Assembly: GCA_028279595.1 (NCBI GenBank)
Contig: JANQNK010000001.1
Span: 96,001-160,000, forward strand
Direction of reading: 5' to 3'
DNA: 64,000 bases
DNA from: Thermoplasmatota archaeon
Lineage (GTDB): Archaea; Thermoplasmatota; JAKEGO01
Each line of letters begins with the position of its first letter. The first letter of the stretch is position 1. Shown here piece after piece: positions 9,716 through 21,908 of this stretch. The position numbers and the translations under genes are program-made. The notes beneath the pieces are model-generated. The model was not told where the DNA came from. It searched no databases and saw only the letters and a program-made list of their open reading frames with translations.

Positions 9716-11107
9716 CTACTGGAATCCTGCCGCCACCCGCGGCCCCAACACCTGCCATATAACGAGGAAGAAAACTAGTAGACTGATGAACAGCAGGCTC
9801 CTTCCCACTGCCCTCTCCGTCCTTTCCTTCTTCCAGCCAAGCTTCGTGAAGAACGCGGTCGCTCCGTCGTGGAATATGTAGGAGCCGTCGAACGGCACTG
9901 CTGGCAGGGCGTTGCTGATGCCGACCATCAGGTTGAGCCAGAAGAGCCAGTAGAAGACATTTGCCAGGAGCCAGAACATCGGCTCTGACGTCTCCGCTAT
10001 AGGTCCAGACGGTTCGTAGACGTCGGTGATCGGCTCGTGGAACGGAACGAGACCCGAGAACGGCGGGACGATGGCGTAGTTGATCATGTTGTTCCTGAGC
10101 TCCCCGAAGTCGTCGGCGGACGCGATCGGATGGTGGAGCACCTCCTTCAGCTCCACCGTGCTGACGCCCATGAGGTAGATGCCGATGTATCCGTTGTCCC
10201 TGTCCTCATCGAGCTTCGTGTAATCGTACCTGTCGGCCAGAGTGGCGTTGATCCACTGTTTCTCGCCCTCGTACCACACGTACAGGCTGACGTTGTCCCC
10301 AGGTTCGGTGAACTCCATGAAATCGTGGAAGTCGTCGTAGTTCCTGACCCTGAAGTCGCCCAGGGGTATGCCCAGACGGTCGCCGGATATGTTCAGGAGG
10401 ATCATTCCCGCCTTCAGCCCGGCGTCGTCAGCGGGCGAGTCCTCGACGATGCCGGTGATCAGGATGCCCTCCTCGACGGGCGTCACGGCCGCCATGAAGA
10501 CGTGGGAGAATATTGCAGCACAGAGTATCGCGAATAGTATGTTCGTTGCCGGACCGACCGCAGCCATCCTGTCCCTGACCCGGGGCTTCGCCTCCTTCAA
10601 CGCCTCCTCGTCCGGCTCGACGAATGCGCCTACGGGGACGATGAAGAACAGCAGTCCGAGGGACTTGATCTTGAGCTTTCCGACCAGTGAGAGTATTCCG
10701 TGCGCCCCCTCGTGTATTACGATGGCCACTGCGAGGGCCATTATTCCGTACCAGAGAGGTATGACGGGATTGATGCCCGGAAGTCCGATGATGTGCTTCG
10801 GTTCGGGGGACCTGTCCGCGGGCAGTGACATGACGTAGACGGCGCTCCAGAGGAGAAGCACCATCATGGCGACCATGGCGAAGACCGTTATCGCTATCGA
10901 TACGTCGCCATACCACTTCCAGAACCTGTCCTTCTCCGCCATCCTTTCCAGGAGGGCCTTGCCCTTCTCGGTCTTCCACATGATGAAGGGTCCGTAGAGC
11001 GCGAGGTGGTACCTCTCGAGGATGCCCTTGTTCCTGGCATACAGCGCCAGGAGTAGGTACGCGCCTATCAGGGCCTCGGTGAAGATGTACCACTCGTAAA
11101 CGTTCAT
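9716..11107 (-). CDS. Site-2 protease (M50) with PDZ domain
   Basis: HEGAH, GAFVEPDE, AVGPATN, PDZ (DSPADDAGLKAG), NALPAVPFDG. Confidence 0.95.
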   Translation of the reverse strand: MNVYEWYIFTEALIGAYLLLALYARNKGILERYHLALYGPFIMWKTEKGKALLERMAEKDRFWKWYGDVSIAITVFAMVAMMVLLLWSAVYVMSLPADRSPEPKHIIGLPGINPVIPLWYGIMALAVAIVIHEGAHGILSLVGKLKIKSLGLLFFIVPVGAFVEPDEEALKEAKPRVRDRMAAVGPATNILFAILCAAIFSHVFMAAVTPVEEGILITGIVEDSPADDAGLKAGMILLNISGDRLGIPLGDFRVRNYDDFHDFMEFTEPGDNVSLYVWYEGEKQWINATLADRYDYTKLDEDRDNGYIGIYLMGVSTVELKEVLHHPIASADDFGELRNNMINYAIVPPFSGLVPFHEPITDVYEPSGPIAETSEPMFWLLANVFYWLFWLNLMVGISNALPAVPFDGSYIFHDGATAFFTKLGWKKERTERAVGRSLLFISLLVFFLVIWQVLGPRVAAGFQ

Positions 11108-11330
11108 GTCAACGTCGAGGCATTGCAACGTCCTTATTTAAGCGAATAGGTATTAATCGGGAATTCCCGGGACCTCGGCCCCCTCTCAATTGATATAAAG
11201 GAAGCCCTTCCGGGGGGTAGAATTCCACGGGCACCGGCGGTCGGCGGGCGGACTCCCTGGCACATGCCTGGAATCGCCGTTATGGGAACATTTATTAATC
11301 CCCCGTACCATCACAACCGGGGGTTATCCC

Positions 11331-13730
<2,400 letters not shown>

Positions 13731-13731
<1 letters not shown>

Positions 13732-15362
13732 TGGCTGTCGTAGGTTTCGAGGGCACCGCCCACACGGCGGGCGTCGGTGTCGTCTCCGACGATGGAGAGT
13801 TCCTTTCGAACATCATCGACATGTACAGGCCGGAGTCCGGCGGGATCCATCCCCGGGAGGCTGCCGACCATCACTCCGCGGTCTTCAGTGAACTGTTGCG
13901 CAATGCGATGGAGGAGGCAGGCATCGGCCGGAACGACATCGACGCCGTCGCATTCTCCATGGGGCCGGGCCTCGGTCCCTGTCTCAGGGTCACGGCGACG
14001 GCGGCGAGGACCGCCGCTATGTCGCTTGGAGTGCCGCTTGCGGGTGTCAACCACTGTGTCGCACACCTCGAGATCGGGCGCGCCTTCGGCGCGTCGGACC
14101 CCGTTCTGCTCTACGTTTCTGGAGGGAACACACAGGTCATCGCCTACGTCGAGGGAAGGTACCGCGTGATCGGAGAGACCCTAGACATCGGCATCGGGAA
14201 CATGCTCGACAAGCTCGGGCTCTCGATGGGCCTGACGTTCCCGGCCGCGCCGAAGCTGGAGAAGATGGCACTCGAAGGGTCCGTCATCCATGAACTCCCG
14301 TATTCGGTGAAGGGCATGGACGTGGCCTTCTCAGGGATACTGACCGCCGCGCAACGGATGGAGGCCGCCGAGAACGACCTCGCCCTCTCGGTCCAGGAGA
14401 CCGCATTCTCGATGCTCATCGAGGTGACGGAGAGGGCAATGGCCCATACAGGCAAGGAGGAGCTCCTTCTCGGAGGGGGAGTGGCCCAGAACTCCCGCCT
14501 CGTCGAGATGGCCCGCATCATGTGTGAGGAGAGGGGCGCCACCATGATAGTCCCGCCGAGGGACCTGCTCAGGGACAACGGCGCGATGATTGCGTACACT
14601 GGCCTGCTCATGCACAGGGCCGGCGCACACACACCCATCGATTCAAGCACCGTCTTGCAGAGGTTCCGGACGGACGAGGTCGACGCATTCTGGACGGGCC
14701 TCGACACCACGGATAATCCCGGGATGTCCTTCACACCAGGCGGTGAGGTCCACAGGATCGGGGCCGAGGCGACGGTGACATCCACGGATTGGCACGGGAT
14801 CCCTTCGGTCTCCAAGGAGAGGCGGCCAAAGGGCTATCGCTCCAGCGACCTCGACAGGTCCCTCCGGGACAGCAGGACGAGGCACGAGGCCAGGATGCTG
14901 TCCGAGGCGAGGCGGATCGGGGTCATGACCCCGAGGGTCCTGGATGTCGACCGGTCCACGTCCACCATCGTTATGGAGAGGATCGACGGCCCGACCCTCA
15001 GGGACGTCCTGTCGGACGATCCCGAGGGTGAGGCCCTTGCAAGGTTCGGAACGGTCCTGGCGACCCTTCACAACGGGGGATTCACCCACGGGGACCCGAC
15101 GACCTCCAACGCCCTCGTCACGGACGACGGATTGGTCCTGATAGACCTGAGCCTCGGCGGCGCCCAGGCGGACCCTGAAGGGATGGCCGTGGACCTGAAG
15201 CTCGCGAGGGAAGCGCTCGAGAGCACCCACCCGAACGCCGACTTCGGAAAGGTCCTCGGCGCGTACAGCGAGGTCTCGAACGAGCCCGGGGTCCTCGGAC
15301 GTCTCGAAGACCTCGATTCCAGGGGCCGTTACAGAAGGCGGGAAGCCGTCCAGGACCATTGA
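13731..15362 (+). CDS. kae1: Bifunctional Kae1 (t6A synthase)/Bud32 kinase
   Basis: GFEGTAHT, GGIHPREAA, VNHCVAH, VSGGNTQ, DNGAMIA, followed by kinase GAEA...HGDPTTSN...LIDL. Confidence 0.96.
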
Positions 15363-15451
15363 AAACGCCGTTTTCCTGCGTATTTCACCTCGAATCCGTT
15401 GTCAAATATCGATTAAAAAGTTTATATGCGATGAGACCGGATTTGTTCCTG

Positions 15452-16438
15452 ATGAGAAGTCTCTTCATCGTTCCGGCGCTGATACTGCTCCTCGCTCTGG
15501 GCTCTGCAGCCGGAGCGCCGAACCCCGACCCCCCGGGGGACGAGATCACCGTCGTCATCGAGTTCGCTGCCAATTCCCAGATCACAGCAACACCGGGATC
15601 CTCTTTCGACCTTTACGGCAACGTCAGTTACGAGAATCCCTACTCGTCAGAGCTGACGGTAGAGCTGTCCGCCGACGCCGGGACCTGGAACTCGCACGTT
15701 ATACCAAACAACTTCACGGTCGAGGACGACGTTGGCATCGTCGCATACACGGTCAGGGTGACCGTCCCGGACGGAGCGAGTTCGACCGAAAGCGTGTGGG
15801 CCACCGGCGAGTGGTCCTCCGGCGACATGGAGGGCGACGCCGTCCCCGACAGGGTCCAAGCCGGGGCCATACCGGGCGACGAGAGCCATGATTCCAGCCC
15901 AAATGACATGATGATGCTGGCCGCTGTCACCACTGGAGCGGCTGCAGCAGCCATCGGGATCGGCTACGCCTCATGGGCAGCCATGAAGAAGCTCCCACCG
16001 GTCGTTCCCCCGTACTATACACGTTTGAAGAAGGCCGATATCGTCGGACACAAGGCCAGGCATGACATCCTGAACAAGCTCGAGGAGGAGCCGGGCATGT
16101 CACTCGGGTCGATCGTCGACGAGCTCGGAGACTCGCGAAGTACGGTCATGTACCACCTCAGGGTCCTCGAGAAGGAGGGCCTGGTCCGGTCCCAGAGGGA
16201 AGGCCGCTCCCGGCTATTCTATCCGCAGGGTGCCCCGGCACATCCACACGTGGAGCTGGAGGACTCCATCCTCCAGACAGTGATGCTGAACCCCGGCTCC
16301 GACATCTCGGAGATCGCCCGCGAACTCGGGACCAGCAAACAGCTGATATCCTACCACGTCAACAAGCTCGCCACCTCAGACAGGTTGTGGGTAGAGATGG
16401 ACGGCCGGAGGAAGCGCTGCTATCCCCGGGATACCTGA
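15452..16438 (+). CDS. Membrane-anchored transcription regulator: signal peptide + extracellular beta domain + TM + two wHTH
   Basis: Hydrophobic N-terminus; TM (MMLAAVTTGAAAAAIGIGYASWA); EEEPGMSLGSIVDELGDSRSTVMYHLRVLE and NPGSDISEIARELGTSKQLISYHV. Confidence 0.8.
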   Translation: MRSLFIVPALILLLALGSAAGAPNPDPPGDEITVVIEFAANSQITATPGSSFDLYGNVSYENPYSSELTVELSADAGTWNSHVIPNNFTVEDDVGIVAYTVRVTVPDGASSTESVWATGEWSSGDMEGDAVPDRVQAGAIPGDESHDSSPNDMMMLAAVTTGAAAAAIGIGYASWAAMKKLPPVVPPYYTRLKKADIVGHKARHDILNKLEEEPGMSLGSIVDELGDSRSTVMYHLRVLEKEGLVRSQREGRSRLFYPQGAPAHPHVELEDSILQTVMLNPGSDISEIARELGTSKQLISYHVNKLATSDRLWVEMDGRRKRCYPRDT

Positions 16439-16486
16439 GCCAGTCCCGCGACAGATTTTAATATTTCCAGCCCTTTACATCCACCA

Positions 16487-17497
16487 ATGGGTGTAGACTG
16501 GGGGCGCGACGATAACGAGTACGAGTACGACGAATACGATCGCCCACAGGACCGTAGGAAGAAACGGCGGGGAGCCGACTGGGACGACCGCGACTGGGCT
16601 CCCAGTGACGAACCGATGGGTCCCGACGCCGACTGGGACAGGGACTTCCAGCCACAGCGGTCCCCCGAGGAGGAGGAGCGATACCGCCGGGAGTACGAGG
16701 ACAGGGCGCGATCGCACCATTATTACCACGGCGGCATGACCGAAGTGGAACGTGAGAAGGTCCAGTTCGAGGAGGCTCGATGGGAGGCCAGCAGGGAGCC
16801 GAGACGGGCCCCGCCCCCGCAGAGCCGCGGATACAAGGGTTCCGGAGGCAAATGGGAGGACGACGTCTATCAGAGCCACCGGCCTCCCGACAGGAACATG
16901 GCGGCGGACGAGTTCTACCGCATGCAGCAGAGGGAATGGGAGGACAAGCAGTACGAGGACCCGTACCGCCCGAAGAAGAAGCCGAAAGCCAGTGCACCCA
17001 AGTGGTACAAGACCGATGCCGAGAAGTCCAGGATGGCCAAGAGGCAGGCGCACACCCCATATGTGGAGAAGGAGAAGATCATCTTAGAGGCCTACAATCT
17101 CCCTGTCGGAATGGTCATATTAACCGTACTGATGATGATTGGTGGTGCGATCGGATTAATGTTTACATTCCTCGCGATTTTCGCATCTTCATCCTTATCA
17201 GGATTTGGTGTAGATCCTGCTAGTGTTGCGGGAATAGCTATCTTTATCGGATTAGTAGTCGGAGGTCCTTCCTTATTAGCGATCTACGCTGGGATTGCTA
17301 TATTCGAACGGAAGCATTGGGGATGGGCGTATATGCGTTTCGCTATATGGTTAGTGTTCATTCCCGCCATTTACCTAATGTTCTTCACTGCAGCTTTCCT
17401 TAGTATATGCCTATTCACATGTATTGCGCCAATTGTCGGGATAGGTGGTGCAATCCTGGTTTACACCTCACGTCATGAATCCATCTTTAAAGGCTAA
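16487..17497 (+). CDS. Hypothetical protein: charged disordered N-terminal half + four-TM C-terminal domain
   Basis: D/E/R/Y/W-rich aa 1-195, then four hydrophobic helices; TATA TTTAATA upstream. Confidence 0.65.
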   Translation: MGVDWGRDDNEYEYDEYDRPQDRRKKRRGADWDDRDWAPSDEPMGPDADWDRDFQPQRSPEEEERYRREYEDRARSHHYYHGGMTEVEREKVQFEEARWEASREPRRAPPPQSRGYKGSGGKWEDDVYQSHRPPDRNMAADEFYRMQQREWEDKQYEDPYRPKKKPKASAPKWYKTDAEKSRMAKRQAHTPYVEKEKIILEAYNLPVGMVILTVLMMIGGAIGLMFTFLAIFASSSLSGFGVDPASVAGIAIFIGLVVGGPSLLAIYAGIAIFERKHWGWAYMRFAIWLVFIPAIYLMFFTAAFLSICLFTCIAPIVGIGGAILVYTSRHESIFKG

Positions 17498-17500
17498 TCC

Positions 17501-18235
17501 TCATTTCAACATCTTGAAATCCCTGTCAAGACGGTTGGCCAGCTTCTTGACCTTTTTTCCGTGCTCCTTGTTGTAAGGACCGACCAAAACGAATGACCGG
17601 ATCTCCTTCAGACCTCTTCCCTTCGAGACCCGGACCTCGGTCCCGTCGTCGATGATGAACCTCTTCATCCTTCCGTACTGATGGGCCATCTTCCGACCGA
17701 TGTGGTGGTTGCGCCCGGACGCCCTGATCACCCTCTCGACGACCTCCTCGGTCTCGGACCGCGGCATCTTCGTTGTCGTGGCCAGCGCGGGGAACTTCCG
17801 CATGTTGTTGTACTGGTAGAGGGCAACGGCCAGGCTCACCAGCAGGGTCGTCAGGTTCAGGAGCATCATGGTGATATCGCCGTCACGCCATGGGATCGAT
17901 ATCATTATCACGACGACCATCACCACTAGAGCAAATCCCAACATGGGGTACGATCGTTGGGTATGGTACGTCGTGGACCACCACCCCTTCGTCATCGGCC
18001 TCATGGATTCCCATCCGGCCTTCACGAGACCGATCACCAGTACAACGAACAGGACGGCACCCAGTAGCAGGAACATGAAGCAGATTTCCGCCGATTCGGA
18101 AGGGCCGAACCTCGCGAACGGCCCCCATATCAACACTACGAAGATGAATGCGATGGTAACGATGAAGATCGTCCCGACCTCCATCATCTTCCTGCTGGTC
18201 AATTTGAACATTGCATCGACACGTCTCAGAGCCAT
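17501..18235 (-). CDS. Hypothetical four-TM membrane protein with basic C-terminal domain
   Basis: Four hydrophobic segments; SD-like GAGGG before the ATG. Confidence 0.6.
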   Translation of the reverse strand: MALRRVDAMFKLTSRKMMEVGTIFIVTIAFIFVVLIWGPFARFGPSESAEICFMFLLLGAVLFVVLVIGLVKAGWESMRPMTKGWWSTTYHTQRSYPMLGFALVVMVVVIMISIPWRDGDITMMLLNLTTLLVSLAVALYQYNNMRKFPALATTTKMPRSETEEVVERVIRASGRNHHIGRKMAHQYGRMKRFIIDDGTEVRVSKGRGLKEIRSFVLVGPYNKEHGKKVKKLANRLDRDFKMLK

Positions 18236-18298
18236 GGTCCCTCACCTGGGCATGGCTCATTCGGATAAAGTAGATTTTGGTCTGTGGAATGGTCCCGG

Positions 18299-19990
18299 TC
18301 ACTTGTGAGCGAAGTTGCAGACCACCCTGTCGCCTACCTCGACGACGTTCACGAACCCGAAACGTTCCAGCTGGACCACGGTCATCGGCTCGATCTTCTG
18401 CACGCCGTTCTCAATGAAGCCCTTGAGGACCGCGCCGTCCGGCATCCGGACCTCGCAGGGTACCGCGATCGTCTCCGGAACAGCCTGGACCATCGGCGCA
18501 CCCTTCTTCAGAACCGAGATATCGTTGCCGATGTAAACCCCTTTCCTGACCGTCGTGTCACCTGGCTCCAGTTCCACGTTGCAGAGGTCCTTGAGCCTGA
18601 GCACACCGCTCTCAGGCACCTCGCCACCCGGCAGGTATGCACTTATGGTCCCGTCCCTTGGTTCGATCCCGTACTCGCGGAACCCCCGGTCCGGATGGTT
18701 CGGCTGGACCGGCGCTTTCAATGTCAATGCCTCATCGGTGGCTATATCGAGTCTCACTGGGTCCGCGGAGAAGAACAACCTCATGGCGTCGTCGTCCACG
18801 GCCTTCTTGTTCTGGGCGAAGAGGTTCTTCCAGGAGAATACGATATCGACCTCGTTGGTCCCGACCTCCTTCCAGGTCTCCCGGATGGCCTCGGGCTGTA
18901 TGCCCCTCGCCTTCATGGTCTTCAGTGTCCCGAGCCGGACGTCGTCCCAGCCGGAATAGGCGTCGGCGGCTATGGCCTCCTTGATCGTGGACGTCTTCAG
19001 TACGGCGCCGTCGATCTTGACCCAGCCGTAGTGCTTGAATACCGGTTCGGGCCATCCGAAGTGCCTGTAGACGTACTGCTGTCTGATCGTGTTGTTGAGG
19101 TGGTCCTTGCCCCGGAGGATGTGCGTCATGCCCATCAGGTGATCGTCCACCGCCACTGCGAAGTTGTACGTTGGATAGACCCGGTATTTATCCCCCGATC
19201 GCGGATGGGGGTCCTCCACTATCCTCATCGCGACGAAGTCCCTTACTGCAGGGTTCTTGTGTTCGAGGTCCGTCTTGACCACGAGGGAGGCCTCACCCGG
19301 CGAGAAGGTCCCGTCGAGCATCCTCTTCCAGTCGCCGGTGCCGTCCGTGTCCCGGTGCTCGCACGCGACCGATGCAGCCTTCTTCTCACGCCATTCCTCC
19401 ACCGGACAGGTGCAGACGTAGGCGGCGCCCATCTCGAGGAGCAATTTGGCGTGTCCGTAGTAGGTCTCCATCCGGTCGCTCTGTGCGACGACCTCGGTGA
19501 CCTCTACGCCGAGCCACTCGGCGTCCTCCTCGATCATCACGTAGGCTTCTGGTAGGATGTTGGTAGGATTCGTGTCCTCGATCCTGAGGACCATCCTGCC
19601 TCCGTAGCGTTTGACGTATTCGTCATTGAGGATCAGTGCCCTGGTGTGTCCGAGGTGGAGCGGACCGGACGGGCCGGGAGCGAAGCGCATGACCACCTCT
19701 CCTTCCCATTCCTTTCCGGAGCCATCGAGCAGTGGAGGGAGTCCCTTCTGCACCTGCCTCTCGGGCGCTTCGTAGCCGAGGTCCTCGAGAGCGGCGAGCT
19801 GCTGGTCCGTGGTCATGGCGTTGACACCCTCGGCCAGCCGGGTTGCCAGTTCCATCACGGTCTCCACGTCCGAACGCAGTTCCGGGTGGTCTCCCAGGAT
19901 AGCACCCAGGACGGCCTTCGGCTGTGCCTTGCCGTCATGCTTCGTCGCGTTGACGAGCAGCAGCAGCTTGATCTCGTCCGCAAGGGCCAT
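18299..19990 (-). CDS. gltX: Glutamate--tRNA ligase (archaeal type)
   Basis: MRFAPGPSGPLHLGH, RIEDTNP, THILRGKDH, VVQLERFGF. Confidence 0.97.
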   Translation of the reverse strand: MALADEIKLLLLVNATKHDGKAQPKAVLGAILGDHPELRSDVETVMELATRLAEGVNAMTTDQQLAALEDLGYEAPERQVQKGLPPLLDGSGKEWEGEVVMRFAPGPSGPLHLGHTRALILNDEYVKRYGGRMVLRIEDTNPTNILPEAYVMIEEDAEWLGVEVTEVVAQSDRMETYYGHAKLLLEMGAAYVCTCPVEEWREKKAASVACEHRDTDGTGDWKRMLDGTFSPGEASLVVKTDLEHKNPAVRDFVAMRIVEDPHPRSGDKYRVYPTYNFAVAVDDHLMGMTHILRGKDHLNNTIRQQYVYRHFGWPEPVFKHYGWVKIDGAVLKTSTIKEAIAADAYSGWDDVRLGTLKTMKARGIQPEAIRETWKEVGTNEVDIVFSWKNLFAQNKKAVDDDAMRLFFSADPVRLDIATDEALTLKAPVQPNHPDRGFREYGIEPRDGTISAYLPGGEVPESGVLRLKDLCNVELEPGDTTVRKGVYIGNDISVLKKGAPMVQAVPETIAVPCEVRMPDGAVLKGFIENGVQKIEPMTVVQLERFGFVNVVEVGDRVVCNFAHK

Positions 19991-20800
19991 TCATTCCCTC
20001 CAGTCGTATCCGGGCGTCCTCGGCCCGAGCTTCAGGACCAGGGGCATCCTCCTCTTGTGGGCGGACCCCCGGACCATATCCCGGACCCTCTTCACCTCGT
20101 CCACAGGGATGTCCTCGCGGGATGATATCGTCTCGTCATCAAGGCGCATCTCCAGTCCGCGGAGGATCCGGTCGAGGGTCCCGTAGTCGATACCGAGGTC
20201 GTCCTCGTCGCACTGGCCCGGAAGCAATCCTGCCGTCGGCGCCTTTTCGATGAAGGAGGCGGGCACGCCGATCTCTTCGGCAAGCACACGCACCTGCGAT
20301 TTGTATAGGTCCCCGATGGGGAGGTAGTCCGACCCTCCGTCCCCCCATTTCGTGAAGTAACCGACGAGGAGCTCCGTCTTGTTCGAGGTTCCGAGGACGA
20401 GGCGGTCCTCCTCGTTCGCCAGCGCGTAGAGCAGGCTCATCCTGATCCTCGCCTTGAGGTTGGCCATCGTCACGGGTCCAGAGGACGCCATCGGTCCTGC
20501 AGCGACCTCGACGATTCCCCCTATCGGGACGACGGTGTAAGCGACCCCGAGCTCCTCGCACAGGGTCCTGGCGTCCGCCATATGAACTCCCTCCTCCGAG
20601 CTGTCGTCGAGGGTCTCGGGCATCAGCAATGCCTTGGTCCTGTCGGCACCGAGCGAGTCGGCGGCCAGTTTCAGCACGACGGCTGAGTCCAGTCCGCCGC
20701 TCACTGCGACGGCGACCCCTTTGCTCCCCGACGTCTCCAGGTTGTCCCTCAGGAACCTGTCGATCGTGGCAACGGCATCCTCGGGCGGTCTCATGCTCAT
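19991..20800 (-). CDS. nadE: NH3-dependent NAD+ synthetase
   Basis: SGGLDS, NLKARIRM, GTSNKTE, GYFTKWGDG, PTAGL. Confidence 0.97.
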   Translation of the reverse strand: MSMRPPEDAVATIDRFLRDNLETSGSKGVAVAVSGGLDSAVVLKLAADSLGADRTKALLMPETLDDSSEEGVHMADARTLCEELGVAYTVVPIGGIVEVAAGPMASSGPVTMANLKARIRMSLLYALANEEDRLVLGTSNKTELLVGYFTKWGDGGSDYLPIGDLYKSQVRVLAEEIGVPASFIEKAPTAGLLPGQCDEDDLGIDYGTLDRILRGLEMRLDDETISSREDIPVDEVKRVRDMVRGSAHKRRMPLVLKLGPRTPGYDWRE

Positions 20801-20806
20801 CCTTCT

Positions 20807-21760
20807 TCACCTCGCTCCGTTGAAATGGTCTCTCACTCTAGCTAGGACGGCCTCCACGGCCTCCTCGATCATGTTATCGGGGGCGTTCAATCCAGCGGCT
20901 CCGGCGTGGCCTCCCCCCCAGCCGCCGACGTCCTTTCCGACCTCCTCCAGGATCATCCCCAGATGGAGGTCGCCGTCGACGACCTCGGGCCTCGCCCTGG
21001 CGCTTATCCTGCCGCCGCCGTTCTTCTTGTTCGAGGAAACGATCGCGACGTCGGCTCCGGCGTGGATCAGTATCCTGGCGGCGCCGCCCTCGTAGGCGGA
21101 TATCCGGGACATCGCGATGACCCTGTCACCCTCCCTCTCGACCCTGGTCCTCTGGAGTGTCCGAAGGAGCGCTATCCTCCTCGACACATCGAAGTAGTGG
21201 TCGGTCTCCACCAGTGCGAGCGCACCGGTGATGTCGCCTCCCGCGTCCATGAGGTCGGCCGCGGTCCTGAGCGATCCCGCGTCCGCGAACCGGAACCGCG
21301 CCGTGTCGGCGAGGATCCCGGCCAGTGCTATCCTAGAGTCCTCTGGCGAGAGCGTGACATCCATCTCGTCAAGTATCCTGAGGACGACCTCGACGCATGA
21401 CGGTCTGTCCTCGTCCTGGATGTGGACGGCGTCCTTCCACCCGTCCTGAGGGCGGTGGTGGTCTATCACGAGGTCGGGGGTGATGGTCCTGTCCGGCGTC
21501 AGCATCTCGGGAGTGCTCGCATCGACCACGACGATGACCTCGTAGCCATCCGGGTCCGGGTCGATGGTGTAATCGATACCCAGGTTCGCGGCCATCTCCT
21601 TTGCCGTGTTCCCGAGGTCGCCGAACGAACCGATGGTGCTATCCTCGAATATCCGTGAGATGAGCCACGCGCTCGCCAGCGCATCTGGGTCTGCCTGGGT
21701 GTGCATGAGCACTAGCGCAGGACCCTTCCCGGTCAGTTCGCGGACCCTCTCCACGTCCAT
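20807..21760 (-). CDS. DHH/DHHA1 phosphoesterase
   Basis: HTQADPDA, VVVDAS, IDHH, GGGHAGAAG. Confidence 0.9.
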   Translation of the reverse strand: MDVERVRELTGKGPALVLMHTQADPDALASAWLISRIFEDSTIGSFGDLGNTAKEMAANLGIDYTIDPDPDGYEVIVVVDASTPEMLTPDRTITPDLVIDHHRPQDGWKDAVHIQDEDRPSCVEVVLRILDEMDVTLSPEDSRIALAGILADTARFRFADAGSLRTAADLMDAGGDITGALALVETDHYFDVSRRIALLRTLQRTRVEREGDRVIAMSRISAYEGGAARILIHAGADVAIVSSNKKNGGGRISARARPEVVDGDLHLGMILEEVGKDVGGWGGGHAGAAGLNAPDNMIEEAVEAVLARVRDHFNGAR

Positions 21761-21908
21761 CGCCCCGATATTCAGGAGGACTCTACTTAAACGTAATTGC
21801 AGGAAGCCCTCATCAAGCAAGGAATTCGCCCCTGGATCCCCGGTCTGGGACCCCTGCCTCTCCCCCAATCTTAAAATATGGTACCGTGATACGGGATGGA
21901 GGGATAGA

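Noticed and set aside
9455-11253. Loose similarity (CCGGCGG.TCGG..GGAC) between hairpins on either side of the S2P gene as element ends
   Set aside because: Short, gapped and GC-rich; no target duplication or transposase.
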